Below are positions 29,393 to 41,525 of a DNA stretch of 64,000 nt, piece by piece. Each line of letters starts with the position of its first letter. Position 1 is the first letter of the stretch. The position numbers and the translations under genes were made by a program. Origin of the DNA: an uncultured Deinococcaceae bacterium (GTDB lineage: Bacteria; Deinococcota; Deinococci; Deinococcales; Deinococcaceae); NCBI GenBank assembly GCA_964252075.1, contig CAXULY010000025.1:18447-82446 (forward strand), read 5' to 3'. Under the pieces are notes generated by a model. The model made no database searches. It was not told the origin of the DNA and saw only the letters and a program-made list of their open reading frames with translations.

Positions 29393-30373
29393 TTAATTGC
29401 CCAGCAGAAAACCGCCCTCCGCCTGCGTGAGGGCGCCCCCCACGAACTCCCCCATGCCTTCCGCCTGCACCGCCTGGCCATCCGCCGAGCCCACGCCCGA
29501 CACCGGCCCCTCCCAGTACGCCACGCCCGTGCTGCGGGACAGCAGCTCCTGGTTGTCCCGCCGGGGCTTCAGGGTGAGGGTCAGACCGTCCGCCGCCACC
29601 GTCCAGGCCAGCGCGTACGACCGACCGCTCGGCGAGGTCCAGGTGCGCGTGGGCGTCATGCTGAGGCCCGTCACCTCGCGCGCCACGCCGTCCGCCCCCA
29701 CCCGCGAGCCCGCCAGCTGCACCACCTCACCCCGCGCGTTCTTCACGCGGTACAGCATCAGGTCACTGCCGTCCGACAGGTGCACGCCGAACCAGTCCCA
29801 GAGGGCGTTCCGGCCCGGTGTCTGATCCCCCCACTGGTGATCCAGCCACGCCACGCCGTTCACGGGGCGGCCCCCGATGGTGCCCGTCATCTGCAGGCGC
29901 GTGATGCTCTGGTAGTACAGGCGCCCCACCTCCGCCGTGCCGCTGTACCCCGGCGGGTGCACCACCGGCACCTTGATGGGCACCAGGCGCAGGTTCAGTG
30001 GCCCCGCGTTCAGGCGGTACTCGTTCCCCACCTGACTCAGCTGCCAGTCCCCCTGGCGCACCAGCAGCGGTGGGAAGCCGAACGACGCGTCCTGCGAGCG
30101 GTTCTCCACGAAGTTCAGGGTGTTGTCGTTCAGGTTCGTGACCGCCACGTGCCCCGCGTGCACCAGGAGGCCCCGGTACACCGCCTTGAACTGCGCCCAG
30201 TGAAACGCCATGCCCGACTCCGGCAGCGACGCCGACACGTACCACCACTCGATGCCCGCGGGCTTCGCCCCCAGGTCCTTCGGGTCCGGAAGGCGCGCGG
30301 CATCGAACGGTTCCGTGCGCGGCGCGCACGCGGCGAGGGCCAGCAGCGGGGCGAGCAGTAAGGCGCGTCTCAT
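29393..30373 (-). CDS. AttH/CrtC-like lipocalin-fold lipoprotein
   Basis: Lipobox LAAC, EWWY, YYQS..R, WLDHQWG, WDWF, YWEG. Confidence 0.85.
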   Translation of the reverse strand: MRRALLLAPLLALAACAPRTEPFDAARLPDPKDLGAKPAGIEWWYVSASLPESGMAFHWAQFKAVYRGLLVHAGHVAVTNLNDNTLNFVENRSQDASFGFPPLLVRQGDWQLSQVGNEYRLNAGPLNLRLVPIKVPVVHPPGYSGTAEVGRLYYQSITRLQMTGTIGGRPVNGVAWLDHQWGDQTPGRNALWDWFGVHLSDGSDLMLYRVKNARGEVVQLAGSRVGADGVAREVTGLSMTPTRTWTSPSGRSYALAWTVAADGLTLTLKPRRDNQELLSRSTGVAYWEGPVSGVGSADGQAVQAEGMGEFVGGALTQAEGGFLLGN

Positions 30374-30417
30374 GGCTCAGGGTAAGAGACCGGACCGCCA
30401 CAGCACCGCAAGTCGGC

Positions 30418-31989
30418 CTACGGAGCGCCCACCGCCGAACCCACGTCGAGCAGGCCCGCCCCGCAGGCATCCGCCGCGCACCCGACGTTCCGCGCCGTCC
30501 CCACGATCCGCGCCCTGATCTGCTCCGGCGTCCAGTCCGCGTGCTGGGCGCGCAGGAGGGCCGCCGCACCCGCCACGTAAGGTGCCGCGAAACTCGTCCC
30601 ATCGAAATTCTGGTAACTGTAACTCCCGCCGCGCCCCGTCACATTCGCCGTCCACACGCCCTCACCGGGCGCCGCCACGCTCACCCATCCACCCCGGTTC
30701 GAGAACCCCGCCGCCGCAAGGTTCGCGTTCACCGCCGCCACCGCCATGAGGCCCGGCACCTGGGCGCTGTACGCCGCCGGGAAGTGCGGACGCGCCAGCT
30801 CCTCATTCCCCGCCGCCGCGACCGTCACGATGCCCTGCGCCGCCGCTTCCGCGAGCGCGTCCCGCACGATCCGGCTGGGCGCCGGGCCGCCCAGCGACAG
30901 GTTGATCACGTTCACGTGCTGCGAGATCGCGTAACACACCCCCGCCGCGATCGTGAGGCCCGTGCAGGCGCCGGATTCATCGCACACCTTGACGGGCAGG
31001 ACGCTCGCGTTCGGCGCGACGCCCACCATCTGCCCCAGCCCGGAGGTCGGCGAGACGTTCCCCACCGGCGCCCCGATGATTGCGGCCACGCCCGTCCCGT
31101 GGCCAGCGGTCTGGCCCTGGTACAGCGCGACATCCAGCGTGTTCACGTTGATGTCGGGCCCGCCCACGGGTGGGTTGTCCAGCGTGAAGTTGCGCCCGCT
31201 CAGCACATGGGTGGGGCTGTTGTTGAACGCCCCGGTGAAGAACTCCGGGTGACGCGTGACGCCCGTGTCCAGCACCGCCACCGTGACGCCACTGAGGTCG
31301 GCTTGTGGGCCACCGAACAGGTCGAAGGCAGGCTGGGCGTTCACGGCGCTCAACTCCCAGCGGTGCTTGGGGTCCGGCTCGGCGGTGGGGTAGGCGTCGC
31401 CATTCAACCGGGTGACGGGGTCGGCCTCCGCTTCGGTCTGCGCGCCGTCCAGCGCGTTGGCCGCCTCCGCGGTGCTGCGGCTGGTGTTGTCCACGAATTC
31501 AGCCAGCGCGCCCCCACAGGCGCCCGGATCACCGGGCATCAGGGCGGGAATGAACCGCTGCAGGGTGAAGCCGTACCGCGCGGCGAACGCGGCGGCCTCA
31601 TCGTTCGTGCTGATGGTCCTGGGCAGGCGCACCAGCAGGTGACCCTGGACGACCCCTTCCTCACCGGCCGGCAGCACGCTCGGCCCGGTTCCCTCCACCC
31701 TGCCCCCCGCGGTGGTGACCTGCACGTCGTAATCCCCGGGGTCCAGCGGAGGCAACACCGCGGTCAGCCGCGTGTCATCCCCCGCCGTGACGTTGACTGG
31801 CTGCCCCGCGATCACGAGGGCCGCGCCCTTCAGGTGCTCACCCGTGACGGTGACCACGTCGCCGGGAACGGCAATGCGTGGAGACACGCTGAGGATGACG
31901 GGCGCCTGCGCCTGCGGCGTCCCGCCATCCTGATGACAGGCCGACAGGGCGATTGAGATCAGAACCAGCACAGGCCAATGGCGTTTCAT
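30418..31989 (-). CDS. S8 subtilase lipoprotein with N-terminal IPT/TIG domain
   Basis: Lipobox LSAC; catalytic VLDTG, GHGTGVA, GTSFAAP. Confidence 0.9.
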   Translation of the reverse strand: MKRHWPVLVLISIALSACHQDGGTPQAQAPVILSVSPRIAVPGDVVTVTGEHLKGAALVIAGQPVNVTAGDDTRLTAVLPPLDPGDYDVQVTTAGGRVEGTGPSVLPAGEEGVVQGHLLVRLPRTISTNDEAAAFAARYGFTLQRFIPALMPGDPGACGGALAEFVDNTSRSTAEAANALDGAQTEAEADPVTRLNGDAYPTAEPDPKHRWELSAVNAQPAFDLFGGPQADLSGVTVAVLDTGVTRHPEFFTGAFNNSPTHVLSGRNFTLDNPPVGGPDINVNTLDVALYQGQTAGHGTGVAAIIGAPVGNVSPTSGLGQMVGVAPNASVLPVKVCDESGACTGLTIAAGVCYAISQHVNVINLSLGGPAPSRIVRDALAEAAAQGIVTVAAAGNEELARPHFPAAYSAQVPGLMAVAAVNANLAAAGFSNRGGWVSVAAPGEGVWTANVTGRGGSYSYQNFDGTSFAAPYVAGAAALLRAQHADWTPEQIRARIVGTARNVGCAADACGAGLLDVGSAVGAP

Positions 31990-34900
31990 GATTGCCTCCC
32001 CAGGGAAGAACTGGATTGAAGGTGCTGTAAAAAGACATCCGACGGACCCGCGAACCGCGCCCGGATGGCGTCGGCCCTGCGGTGCATGTCGGGGTGCCCG
32101 AGCGCGGCCAGGGCGTCCAGCAGGTACGCCTGCCGCCACGTTTCAAGGTCCAGCTCCAGCGCGTGGATCAGGCGCCCCGCGTTGCGGGACGTGAGCGCGT
32201 CCGCCCACGCCGACCAGGGACCCGTGCCCTCCAGCCGCGCCTCGACCTCCGCCCGCTGCCACCCCGCTCCGTCGTGGCCGCTGATCCTCAACGCCTCCTG
32301 CAGCTGACGCCTCACCTCGGCGCCTTCACCCTGGACGGCGGCCAGGTCCGCTTTGAGCAGGCAGTGGAACACGGCGTGCTCCCACTGATCCAGGGTGCGG
32401 CCCAGGTGCCCCTCAATCTGGTTCAGTGCGCCCACTGCGTCCTGCGGTCGCCCAAGGCACAGGGAGGCCTCAGCGGAATTCACCAGGGCGTCCAGGAAGA
32501 CCGCGTTGAACGTGCCCGCGTTGGACCTGGCGATGTCGAAGAGGGCCTGACGGTAGTACTGATCGGCGTTCACGTACCGCTGCTCGGAAAACTCGGCGGC
32601 CCCGACGTTGACGAGCGTCAGCGCCATGCTGAAGTGATCGCCGACGCTCGCCTGCTCCTCGTACGCCGTCTGGAACAACGGCAAGGCCCGGCTGACCTCT
32701 CCGGATTCAAGCCACATGTGCGCGAGGTTGTGCCTCGCCCGGGCGCTGCCCAGCACGTCGCCGGTCGACGCGCACAGGTCAATGCACCGCTGAAAGGTGT
32801 CCTGAGCCAGGGGGTCCTTGAGGCGCCAGAGGACCGGGCCGAGGTTGCTCAGGCTGGCGGCCATGCGCTGGACATCCTGGAGGGTCTGCCGGATCGCCAG
32901 TCCGGCCTCCAGCGCGCTTCTCGCGGCGGGCCAGTCTTTCTTCTGCTGGTGCACCCAGCCCTGGACGTTCAGGGCGTCGCTCCTCACGAGCGAGACCGTG
33001 ATGCCCTGACGCCCGTCAATCAGCCGCAACACCTGATCCGTGAGCGCCTGCGCTTCATCCAGCCGCCCCAGCTTCATGGCGAGCAGCTGAGCGCGCATGA
33101 CCAGGGCGGTGGCCCGCGGTACGGGCTCGCCGCCAGACAGCAGCAGGTCCGCCGCATCGAGGGCGCTCAGCGCCTCCTCGAGGCGTCCGTACCGGCTCAG
33201 GACGCGGGCGCGCTCCACCAGGGTGTGCCCGCGCCGCGCGGGGTCGGGCAGCGCCTCCTGCGCGCGGTCGAACCACGTGAGGCCGCCCTGCAGGTCGCCG
33301 CGCAGGGCGTAGTTGGCGCCCGCTGCGAGCAGCGCGGTGTGGGCGGGGGTCAGGTCGTCTTCGTCCCAGGCGCCCCGGGCGGCCCAGTGGTGCGGCGCGG
33401 CCTGCACGGGCCGCTCGCGCAGCGCGCGGGCGGCGCGCAGGTGCAGGAGGGCGCGCCGGGAGGCGCTGAGTTCGTGCAGCATGACCTGACGCGTGAGGTC
33501 GTGCGCGTAGTGCGCGCCGTCGTCTTCGAGGCGCAGCCACGCGCCCGCGCGGAGCGTTTCGAGGGCCGCGTCGAGTTCCGCCTCGCTGCGGCCGGAGGTG
33601 CGGCGCAGGACGCCCAGACCCTGACCGTCCCCGAGCACGGCGAGGGCGCCCAGCACCTGCCGCTCCAGGTCGGGCAGGGCCGCGAGGCGCGCGCTCAGGA
33701 AGGTGCCGACGCGTTCGGGGGGCGCGCCGGGCTCGGCGCGCAGCAGTTCCAGCAGGAAGAAGGGGTTGCCGCCGCTCATGCGGTGCAGGTCGCGGGCGTT
33801 CAGGTCGTCGCGTCCAAGCTCGTAGGCGAGGGCCTCCACGGCGGTCTCGTCGAGGGGGGACAGTGGCAGGGGCGCGCCGAGGTGCTCGCGGGCGAGGGTC
33901 TCGGTGAGGCGCCGCACGCTGCCGTGCGGGTCCTCGGTGCTGCGGGCGGTGACGAGCAGCGCGAGGCCCCCTTCAGGCGGTTCGCGCAGCAGGTGCAGGG
34001 CGAGGTCCACGGTGGCGTGGTCGGCCCACTGCAGGTCGTCGAGGATCAGCAGCGTGGGGTGCTGGGCGGACAGCAGGACCGCCCGGATGGCGTCCTGCCG
34101 GGCGCGCGGGGCGAGGTCCGGGGGGACGTGGGCGGCCTCCGCGGCCGTCAGTTCGGGGACGAGCTCCGCGAGGGCGGCGCGCCACACGGGGTTGAGGGCG
34201 TTCAGGCGTTCGGGGTGCGCGCGCAGGGCGTCCCGCAAGGGGCGTTCAAAGGCCTGCAGGGGCGCGCTGCCCTCGGTGGCCTGCCCGAACAGCAGGGCGT
34301 GCGGGACGCGCTGGCGGGCGAGGCGGGCGGCGTACTCGCGCGCGAGTCGGGTTTTGCCTTCGCCCGGTTCGCCCAGCACGAGGACGCCTGCGGCGCGCGC
34401 GCGCCCCTCCGTGACGGGCGCGAGCCGCTCGCGCAGCCAGCGCAGTTCGTGGTCACGGCCCACCAGCGGCACGCGCTCCTCCTCGCTGGTGGGCGCTTCG
34501 GGTTCGCGGCCCATGAGTTCGCGCTGCAGGGCGTTCAGGCAGGCGCGCGGGTGCCCGGCGCGCACGAGCGCGAAGGCCTCCTGCGTGGCGGGGGTGGGGT
34601 CCACGCCCAGCTCGCCGCGCAGGCGGTCCGTGAGGGTGGCGTAGGTGCTGGTCGCGCGGTCGGTGTGGTCGAGGGCGCCGTGCGCGAGCAGCAGCAGTCG
34701 CGCGGCGTCCTCGCGCGGGTCGCCCTCCGTGCCCGCCGCGACTTCCAAGTAGGGGAGGGCGGGGCTCAGGTCGCCCGCCTGCAGGGCCTGCGCGGCGAGC
34801 GTGAGGGCGTGCGCGCGGCGCGTCTCGCTCAGCGCGTCGCGCCGCGCGTACAGCCACGCCTCGATCTCCTCGCCGAGGCCCTGGTCCCATTCGCTCAGCC

Positions 34901-35249
34901 GGAAGTCCTCCAGCAGCGGGCCGCGCCACAGCGCCCAGGCGTCCTGCGGGCCCAGCGCCTGGAACGCCAGGGCGTCCACCTGCCAGTTGGGCGTGAGCGC
35001 CAGGGTGTCCGTGTCGGCGTGCAGGGCCTCGTCTCCGAGGGTGCGCACGATGGCGGTGCGCGCCGCGGAGAGGCTGTTGAGGGGGTCGCTCGCCTCGGGC
35101 CACAGCATGCGCGCGAGGGCGCGGCGGTTGCTGCGGCCCTCCAGCGCGAGGTACGCGAGGACCGCAAGCGCCTTGACGCCCAGGCGCCGCGCCTCCCCGT
35201 CCCGCTCCACGACGGGCGGGCCGAGCAGGCGCAACGCAAAGGACGGCAT
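31986..35249 (-). CDS. SARP/BTAD-AAA(STAND)-TPR transcriptional regulator
   Basis: LRLLGP...LAYLAL...LWP N-terminus, BTAD, GEPGEGKT, LILDDLQWAD, GGNPFF, C-terminal TPRs. Confidence 0.88.
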   Translation of the reverse strand: MPSFALRLLGPPVVERDGEARRLGVKALAVLAYLALEGRSNRRALARMLWPEASDPLNSLSAARTAIVRTLGDEALHADTDTLALTPNWQVDALAFQALGPQDAWALWRGPLLEDFRLSEWDQGLGEEIEAWLYARRDALSETRRAHALTLAAQALQAGDLSPALPYLEVAAGTEGDPREDAARLLLLAHGALDHTDRATSTYATLTDRLRGELGVDPTPATQEAFALVRAGHPRACLNALQRELMGREPEAPTSEEERVPLVGRDHELRWLRERLAPVTEGRARAAGVLVLGEPGEGKTRLAREYAARLARQRVPHALLFGQATEGSAPLQAFERPLRDALRAHPERLNALNPVWRAALAELVPELTAAEAAHVPPDLAPRARQDAIRAVLLSAQHPTLLILDDLQWADHATVDLALHLLREPPEGGLALLVTARSTEDPHGSVRRLTETLAREHLGAPLPLSPLDETAVEALAYELGRDDLNARDLHRMSGGNPFFLLELLRAEPGAPPERVGTFLSARLAALPDLERQVLGALAVLGDGQGLGVLRRTSGRSEAELDAALETLRAGAWLRLEDDGAHYAHDLTRQVMLHELSASRRALLHLRAARALRERPVQAAPHHWAARGAWDEDDLTPAHTALLAAGANYALRGDLQGGLTWFDRAQEALPDPARRGHTLVERARVLSRYGRLEEALSALDAADLLLSGGEPVPRATALVMRAQLLAMKLGRLDEAQALTDQVLRLIDGRQGITVSLVRSDALNVQGWVHQQKKDWPAARSALEAGLAIRQTLQDVQRMAASLSNLGPVLWRLKDPLAQDTFQRCIDLCASTGDVLGSARARHNLAHMWLESGEVSRALPLFQTAYEEQASVGDHFSMALTLVNVGAAEFSEQRYVNADQYYRQALFDIARSNAGTFNAVFLDALVNSAEASLCLGRPQDAVGALNQIEGHLGRTLDQWEHAVFHCLLKADLAAVQGEGAEVRRQLQEALRISGHDGAGWQRAEVEARLEGTGPWSAWADALTSRNAGRLIHALELDLETWRQAYLLDALAALGHPDMHRRADAIRARFAGPSDVFLQHLQSSSSLGRQS

Positions 35250-35290
35250 CTGGCACGATCTTATTCCTCCCGCGCGCTGCGCCCACCGGG

Positions 35291-35479
35291 TCAGGCCCGC
35301 AGGGGGGCGGCGCGGTGCAGGGCCTCGTCATCGCTGCCGCGCTCCAGGAACGCGTGCAGGAGCGTGAGGAGGGCGCGTTCGTCGCGGTCCGGGGGGTCGG
35401 GCGGGCGTTCCTGCACCTCGGGCTGGGGGGTGTGGGGCTCTGGGCGCTGTTGCTCGGCTGTGGGCTTGGGCTGTTTCAT
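35291..35479 (-). CDS. 62-aa hypothetical protein heading the SARP operon
   Basis: Strong RBS AAGGAGGAAAGGAG before ATG; TACGCT -10 upstream. Confidence 0.55.
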   Translation of the reverse strand: MKQPKPTAEQQRPEPHTPQPEVQERPPDPPDRDERALLTLLHAFLERGSDDEALHRAAPLRA

Positions 35480-35589
35480 GATGCTCCTTTCCTCCTTCGT
35501 GGCTGCAGCGTAGGAAACGGGGTCTGAAGGGGGTCTGAAACGCCTCGCGCTCAGGAGCGGCTCTTGACGGGCGCGCGCACGCGCATTAG

Positions 35590-37179
<1,590 letters not shown>

Positions 37180-37190
37180 GAGGAGGGGCC

Positions 37191-38174
37191 ATGACCGCCG
37201 TGACCGCCAAGCCGACCGTCAGCGCACCGCCCCCCTTCAGCATGGAGGGGCGCACGGTCACCCTGTTCACCGAGGAGCCGCTCTGTCTGGACTGCGGCCG
37301 GGTCGTGACGAACGTCCGCGTGCGCTACCACGCCTACGGCACGCCGTCCGAACGCGCCGTGCTGGTGCTGCACGCCCTCACGGGCACCAGCGCCGTGCAC
37401 GAGTGGTGGGACGCGCTGTTCGGCCCCGGCAAGGCGCTGGACCCCACGCGCGACTACATCGTGTGCAGCAACGTGCTGGGCGGCTGCGCGGGCAGCAGCG
37501 AACCCGCTGAGCTCGGTCACCCCGCCCTCACGCTGGGCGACATGGCGCGCGTGCAGCGCAAGCTGCTGGAGCACCTCGGCGTGCGGCGCGTCACGGTGGT
37601 GGGCGGCAGCATGGGCGGCCTGCAGACCATCGAGTGGCTGCGCGCGCACGCGGACCTGCTGGAGCGCGCCGTGGTGATCGCCGCGCCCGCCCGCCACAGC
37701 CCGTGGGCGGTCGGCCTGAACCACGCGGCGCGCGCCGCCATCCGCGCCGCGCCGGGCGGACCGGGCCTCGTGGTGGCGCGGCAGATCGCGATGCTCAGCT
37801 ACCGCAGCCCGGAGAGCTTCACGGAGCGCCAGTCCGGGGAGAGCGCGCAGCGGCCCGGCACGCCCGCCGTCGTCACGTACCTGGAACACCAGGGGGACAA
37901 GCTGCGCCGCCGCTTCTGCGAGGACAGTTACCTCGCCCTCACCGAGGCAATGGACCGCTTCACCATCACGGACGACGAACTGCGCGCCAACCGCATTCCC
38001 ACCCTGGTGGTCGGCATCACGAGCGACGTGCTGTACCCGGAACCCGAGGTGCGCCACCTCGCGGACACGCTGGGCGCCGCCACCTACTGGCGCCTGGAGA
38101 GCCCGCACGGCCACGACGCCTTCCTGATGGACGCCGACGGCCTGAACGATCAGGTGAACGCCTTCCTGCACTGA
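37191..38174 (+). CDS. metX: Homoserine O-acetyltransferase
   Basis: HALTG, GGSMGG, HGHDAFL. Confidence 0.92.
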   Translation: MTAVTAKPTVSAPPPFSMEGRTVTLFTEEPLCLDCGRVVTNVRVRYHAYGTPSERAVLVLHALTGTSAVHEWWDALFGPGKALDPTRDYIVCSNVLGGCAGSSEPAELGHPALTLGDMARVQRKLLEHLGVRRVTVVGGSMGGLQTIEWLRAHADLLERAVVIAAPARHSPWAVGLNHAARAAIRAAPGGPGLVVARQIAMLSYRSPESFTERQSGESAQRPGTPAVVTYLEHQGDKLRRRFCEDSYLALTEAMDRFTITDDELRANRIPTLVVGITSDVLYPEPEVRHLADTLGAATYWRLESPHGHDAFLMDADGLNDQVNAFLH

Positions 38175-38196
38175 AGGGGAGCGCGCCTGCTGCCCT

Positions 38197-39219
<1,023 letters not shown>

Positions 39220-39235
39220 TTAGTGGACGGCAATG

Positions 39236-39260
39236 AGAAACGCCCGGCTCGGGCCGGGCG
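39236..39260 (-). terminator. Attenuator terminator of the trpS leader
   Basis: CGCCCGGC-CCGA-GCCGGGCG followed by TTTCT on the minus strand. Confidence 0.7.
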
Positions 39261-39286
39261 CGACAGCAACGACACAAGGCACCCGG

Positions 39287-39328
39287 TCAGGAACCGGGCC
39301 ACCAGCAGCGGACGAGGGCGGACCTCAT
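39287..39328 (-). CDS. Putative trpS leader peptide MRSALVRCWWPGS
   Basis: Tandem TGG TGG; ATG overlaps the MOSC stop (ATGA). Confidence 0.8.
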   Translation of the reverse strand: MRSALVRCWWPGS

Positions 39329-39960
39329 GCGGTCTGCGCCTCCTCGTACCTGCGGCGCACGCGCCCCGCGATGGGGGAGGCCAGCGCGCGGCGCATCACC
39401 TCCGCGTCTGGCGTCTTCGCGAACCACAGGTCGAAGAGCTCCACCACGCTGACGTGCGCCGCGTCACCCGCGATCAGCGTCATGGCGTCGCCCGCGCCCA
39501 CCTCGCCGGGCTCCAGCACGCGCGCGTACAGGCCCGGGCGGCGCGCGTCGCGAAACGTCCGCACCCACCGCGGATCGTCCATGCGGACCGCGAAGGTGTT
39601 GCAGGGAATGCGCGGCGCCGTCACCTCCAGCAGCGCGCCCCCACCAATGCGGTAACGGTCCCCCACGCGCGGCGTGGCCGTTCCGAAGCTGCTGACGGTC
39701 AGGTTCTCCCCAAACGTGCCGGGCGCGGGCACCGCGCCGAGGGACTGCGCCCACCAGTCGTAATCCTCGGCGCTGTAGAGGTACACCGCCTGGTCCGCGC
39801 CCCCGTGGTGTTCCGTGTCCATCACGTGGTCGCCCGACAGGCCCAGTGGCCCGGCCCACACCCGGTGGCTCACGGGCTCCTTGAAGATGCCGGTGCCCGC
39901 AGGTTTGCCAGCGGCCACCATGGGGCGAGGTTCGGCGACGTTCACGGCCATCACGCGCAT
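39325..39960 (-). CDS. MOSC domain protein (YiiM-like)
   Basis: TGIFK, HHGG.DQAV, FGENL, PRIPC, PGLYARVL. Confidence 0.9.
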   Translation of the reverse strand: MRVMAVNVAEPRPMVAAGKPAGTGIFKEPVSHRVWAGPLGLSGDHVMDTEHHGGADQAVYLYSAEDYDWWAQSLGAVPAPGTFGENLTVSSFGTATPRVGDRYRIGGGALLEVTAPRIPCNTFAVRMDDPRWVRTFRDARRPGLYARVLEPGEVGAGDAMTLIAGDAAHVSVVELFDLWFAKTPDAEVMRRALASPIAGRVRRRYEEAQTA

Positions 39961-40034
39961 GCGCCCAGCATACCCCGCAGGCCGCGATGAGCTGAGCGCC
40001 ACCTGAGGTTTGCCACGTGCCTCTGTGCCTGCAC

Positions 40035-40054
40035 TTATGTTCAGGGCCTAAACT
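40035..40054 (+). promoter_or_regulatory. RDRM-like box overlapping a -10 element
   Basis: TTATGTTCAGGGCCTAA (17 bp) overlapping TAAACT 40049-54. Confidence 0.7.
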
Positions 40055-40066
40055 GTTTGCTCGGCA

Positions 40067-40339
40067 ATGTCACCCACCAAACCAGCGTTTACTCCACTTC
40101 AACTTCAGGCCTTGTGGGTGCTCAGCACCGTCAGTGAACTCAGCGCGGGCGAACTGAGCGTGGCCCTGGGCCGCAGTCGCACGCACACCGCCACCCTCCT
40201 GCGCAGCCTGCAGCACCGCGGTCTGCTCAGCATGGAGCGCTCGCGGGCGGATGACGGTCGCTCCACCAGCCGCTATGCCCTCACACCCGAAGGGGAGCGC
40301 GCCGTCCACGGCCCCGGCGCCGCTTCCGAAACCGCCTGA
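40067..40339 (+). CDS. Small MarR-like winged-helix protein
   Basis: LSAGELS..LG.SR......L..L...GL...........Y.LT..G. Confidence 0.8.
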   Translation: MSPTKPAFTPLQLQALWVLSTVSELSAGELSVALGRSRTHTATLLRSLQHRGLLSMERSRADDGRSTSRYALTPEGERAVHGPGAASETA

Positions 40340-40633
40340 CCGCTGCAACGACGGCGCAACAGAAGAAGGGGAGTCGCGGTCAGCGACTCCCCTCGGTGGT
40401 TCAGGTGTGCGGTGGTGATCCAGCAATCCTGCTCGCGCGTCCGTGTTGATCTTTGAGGTGGACGCCTCCCTCAAGTACCCCAGTCAGGGGCACGACTTCG
40501 TCAAGCCAGCCACTTATGCTACACGTAACCGCGGCATGTGTCAAGAGGTGGTCCGCTAGGCAGCTCCCTGACACTGCAACTCCGAAGCGAGCCGCACGCC
40601 GGGGGGACTGTAGCGGTCCCCCCAGGCTGTCGC

Positions 40634-41170
40634 TCAGGGCGAGGGAAGGGTCGCGCCGGGCAGGGCCTTCGCCATGTCGAGGTGCATGCTGACCACAGGC
40701 ACCTGCGCCGATGCGTAGGCCTTCGCGTCCGCATCCTGACCCGACTGCAACTCGTTCTGCTGAATGCTCAACGCCAGCTGGTGGCCGAGCAGCTGCTCCT
40801 TCGCGTACGCCGTATCGAAATCCGCGCCACTCAGGGTGCTGAGGGTGTTCACCTTCACCTGGAGGTCCGGCGGCAGCACGGCGGGCAGCGGAACCTTCTT
40901 GTTCGCCGCCAGGGTATTGAGCTGGCCCTGGGCCTTCTGGTGGTCCGTGATCATCTGCTGAGCGTAGGCCTTCACGGCATCCGAGTTGCTCTTGCCTGGC
41001 TGGAGGGCCAGCTGCGACGACATGATTTCAAACATGTTGCTGCCGGTCGTGGCCTGCATGTACTGCACATCCACGCTCGCCATGTTCGCCTCTACGTTTG
41101 GGTCGGTGGCGGCGGGCGCGCAGGCGGCCAGCGCAAGTGGAAGGAGCAGGACCATCAGGGTTTTCTTCAT
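40634..41170 (-). CDS. DUF4142 (ferritin-like) lipoprotein
   Basis: Lipobox LAAC; FEI..SQLA, VKAYA..MI.DH, G..FD.AY. Confidence 0.85.
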   Translation of the reverse strand: MKKTLMVLLLPLALAACAPAATDPNVEANMASVDVQYMQATTGSNMFEIMSSQLALQPGKSNSDAVKAYAQQMITDHQKAQGQLNTLAANKKVPLPAVLPPDLQVKVNTLSTLSGADFDTAYAKEQLLGHQLALSIQQNELQSGQDADAKAYASAQVPVVSMHLDMAKALPGATLPSP

Positions 41171-41525
41171 GCACAGCCTCCAGGCCGGGTCGCAGTTCCA
41201 TTCCAGACGGAACGGGTTGTGGGTCGGCTTGTGGGTCAGCTTGCCTCCCCAGCCACACAGCGGCGGTGTCAGGCGCCTGAAGCGCCTCCCAGCAGATTCT
41301 CACCTGGTGGGCGAGGCGCGTCAGCAGCGCGTTCATTCGAGACACACAAGCCAGAGAAGACCGCAGTGGTGCCCGAATACTTGGTTCGCCCGCCAGTAAA
41401 GCAGGCGACACAATTGCGCTTCGGTGATCCGTTGTGCCGTGGTCAGCGGGCAGAAAGACCTGAGGTGCCCGCTGTGTTCGCAACGATCCCCTCGACGGGT
41501 TGCCTTACTTCACGACGATATTGAT

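Noticed and set aside
40410..40460. KINTDARAG as a small precursor peptide
   Set aside because: No start codon after the SD and no in-frame stop before the terminator
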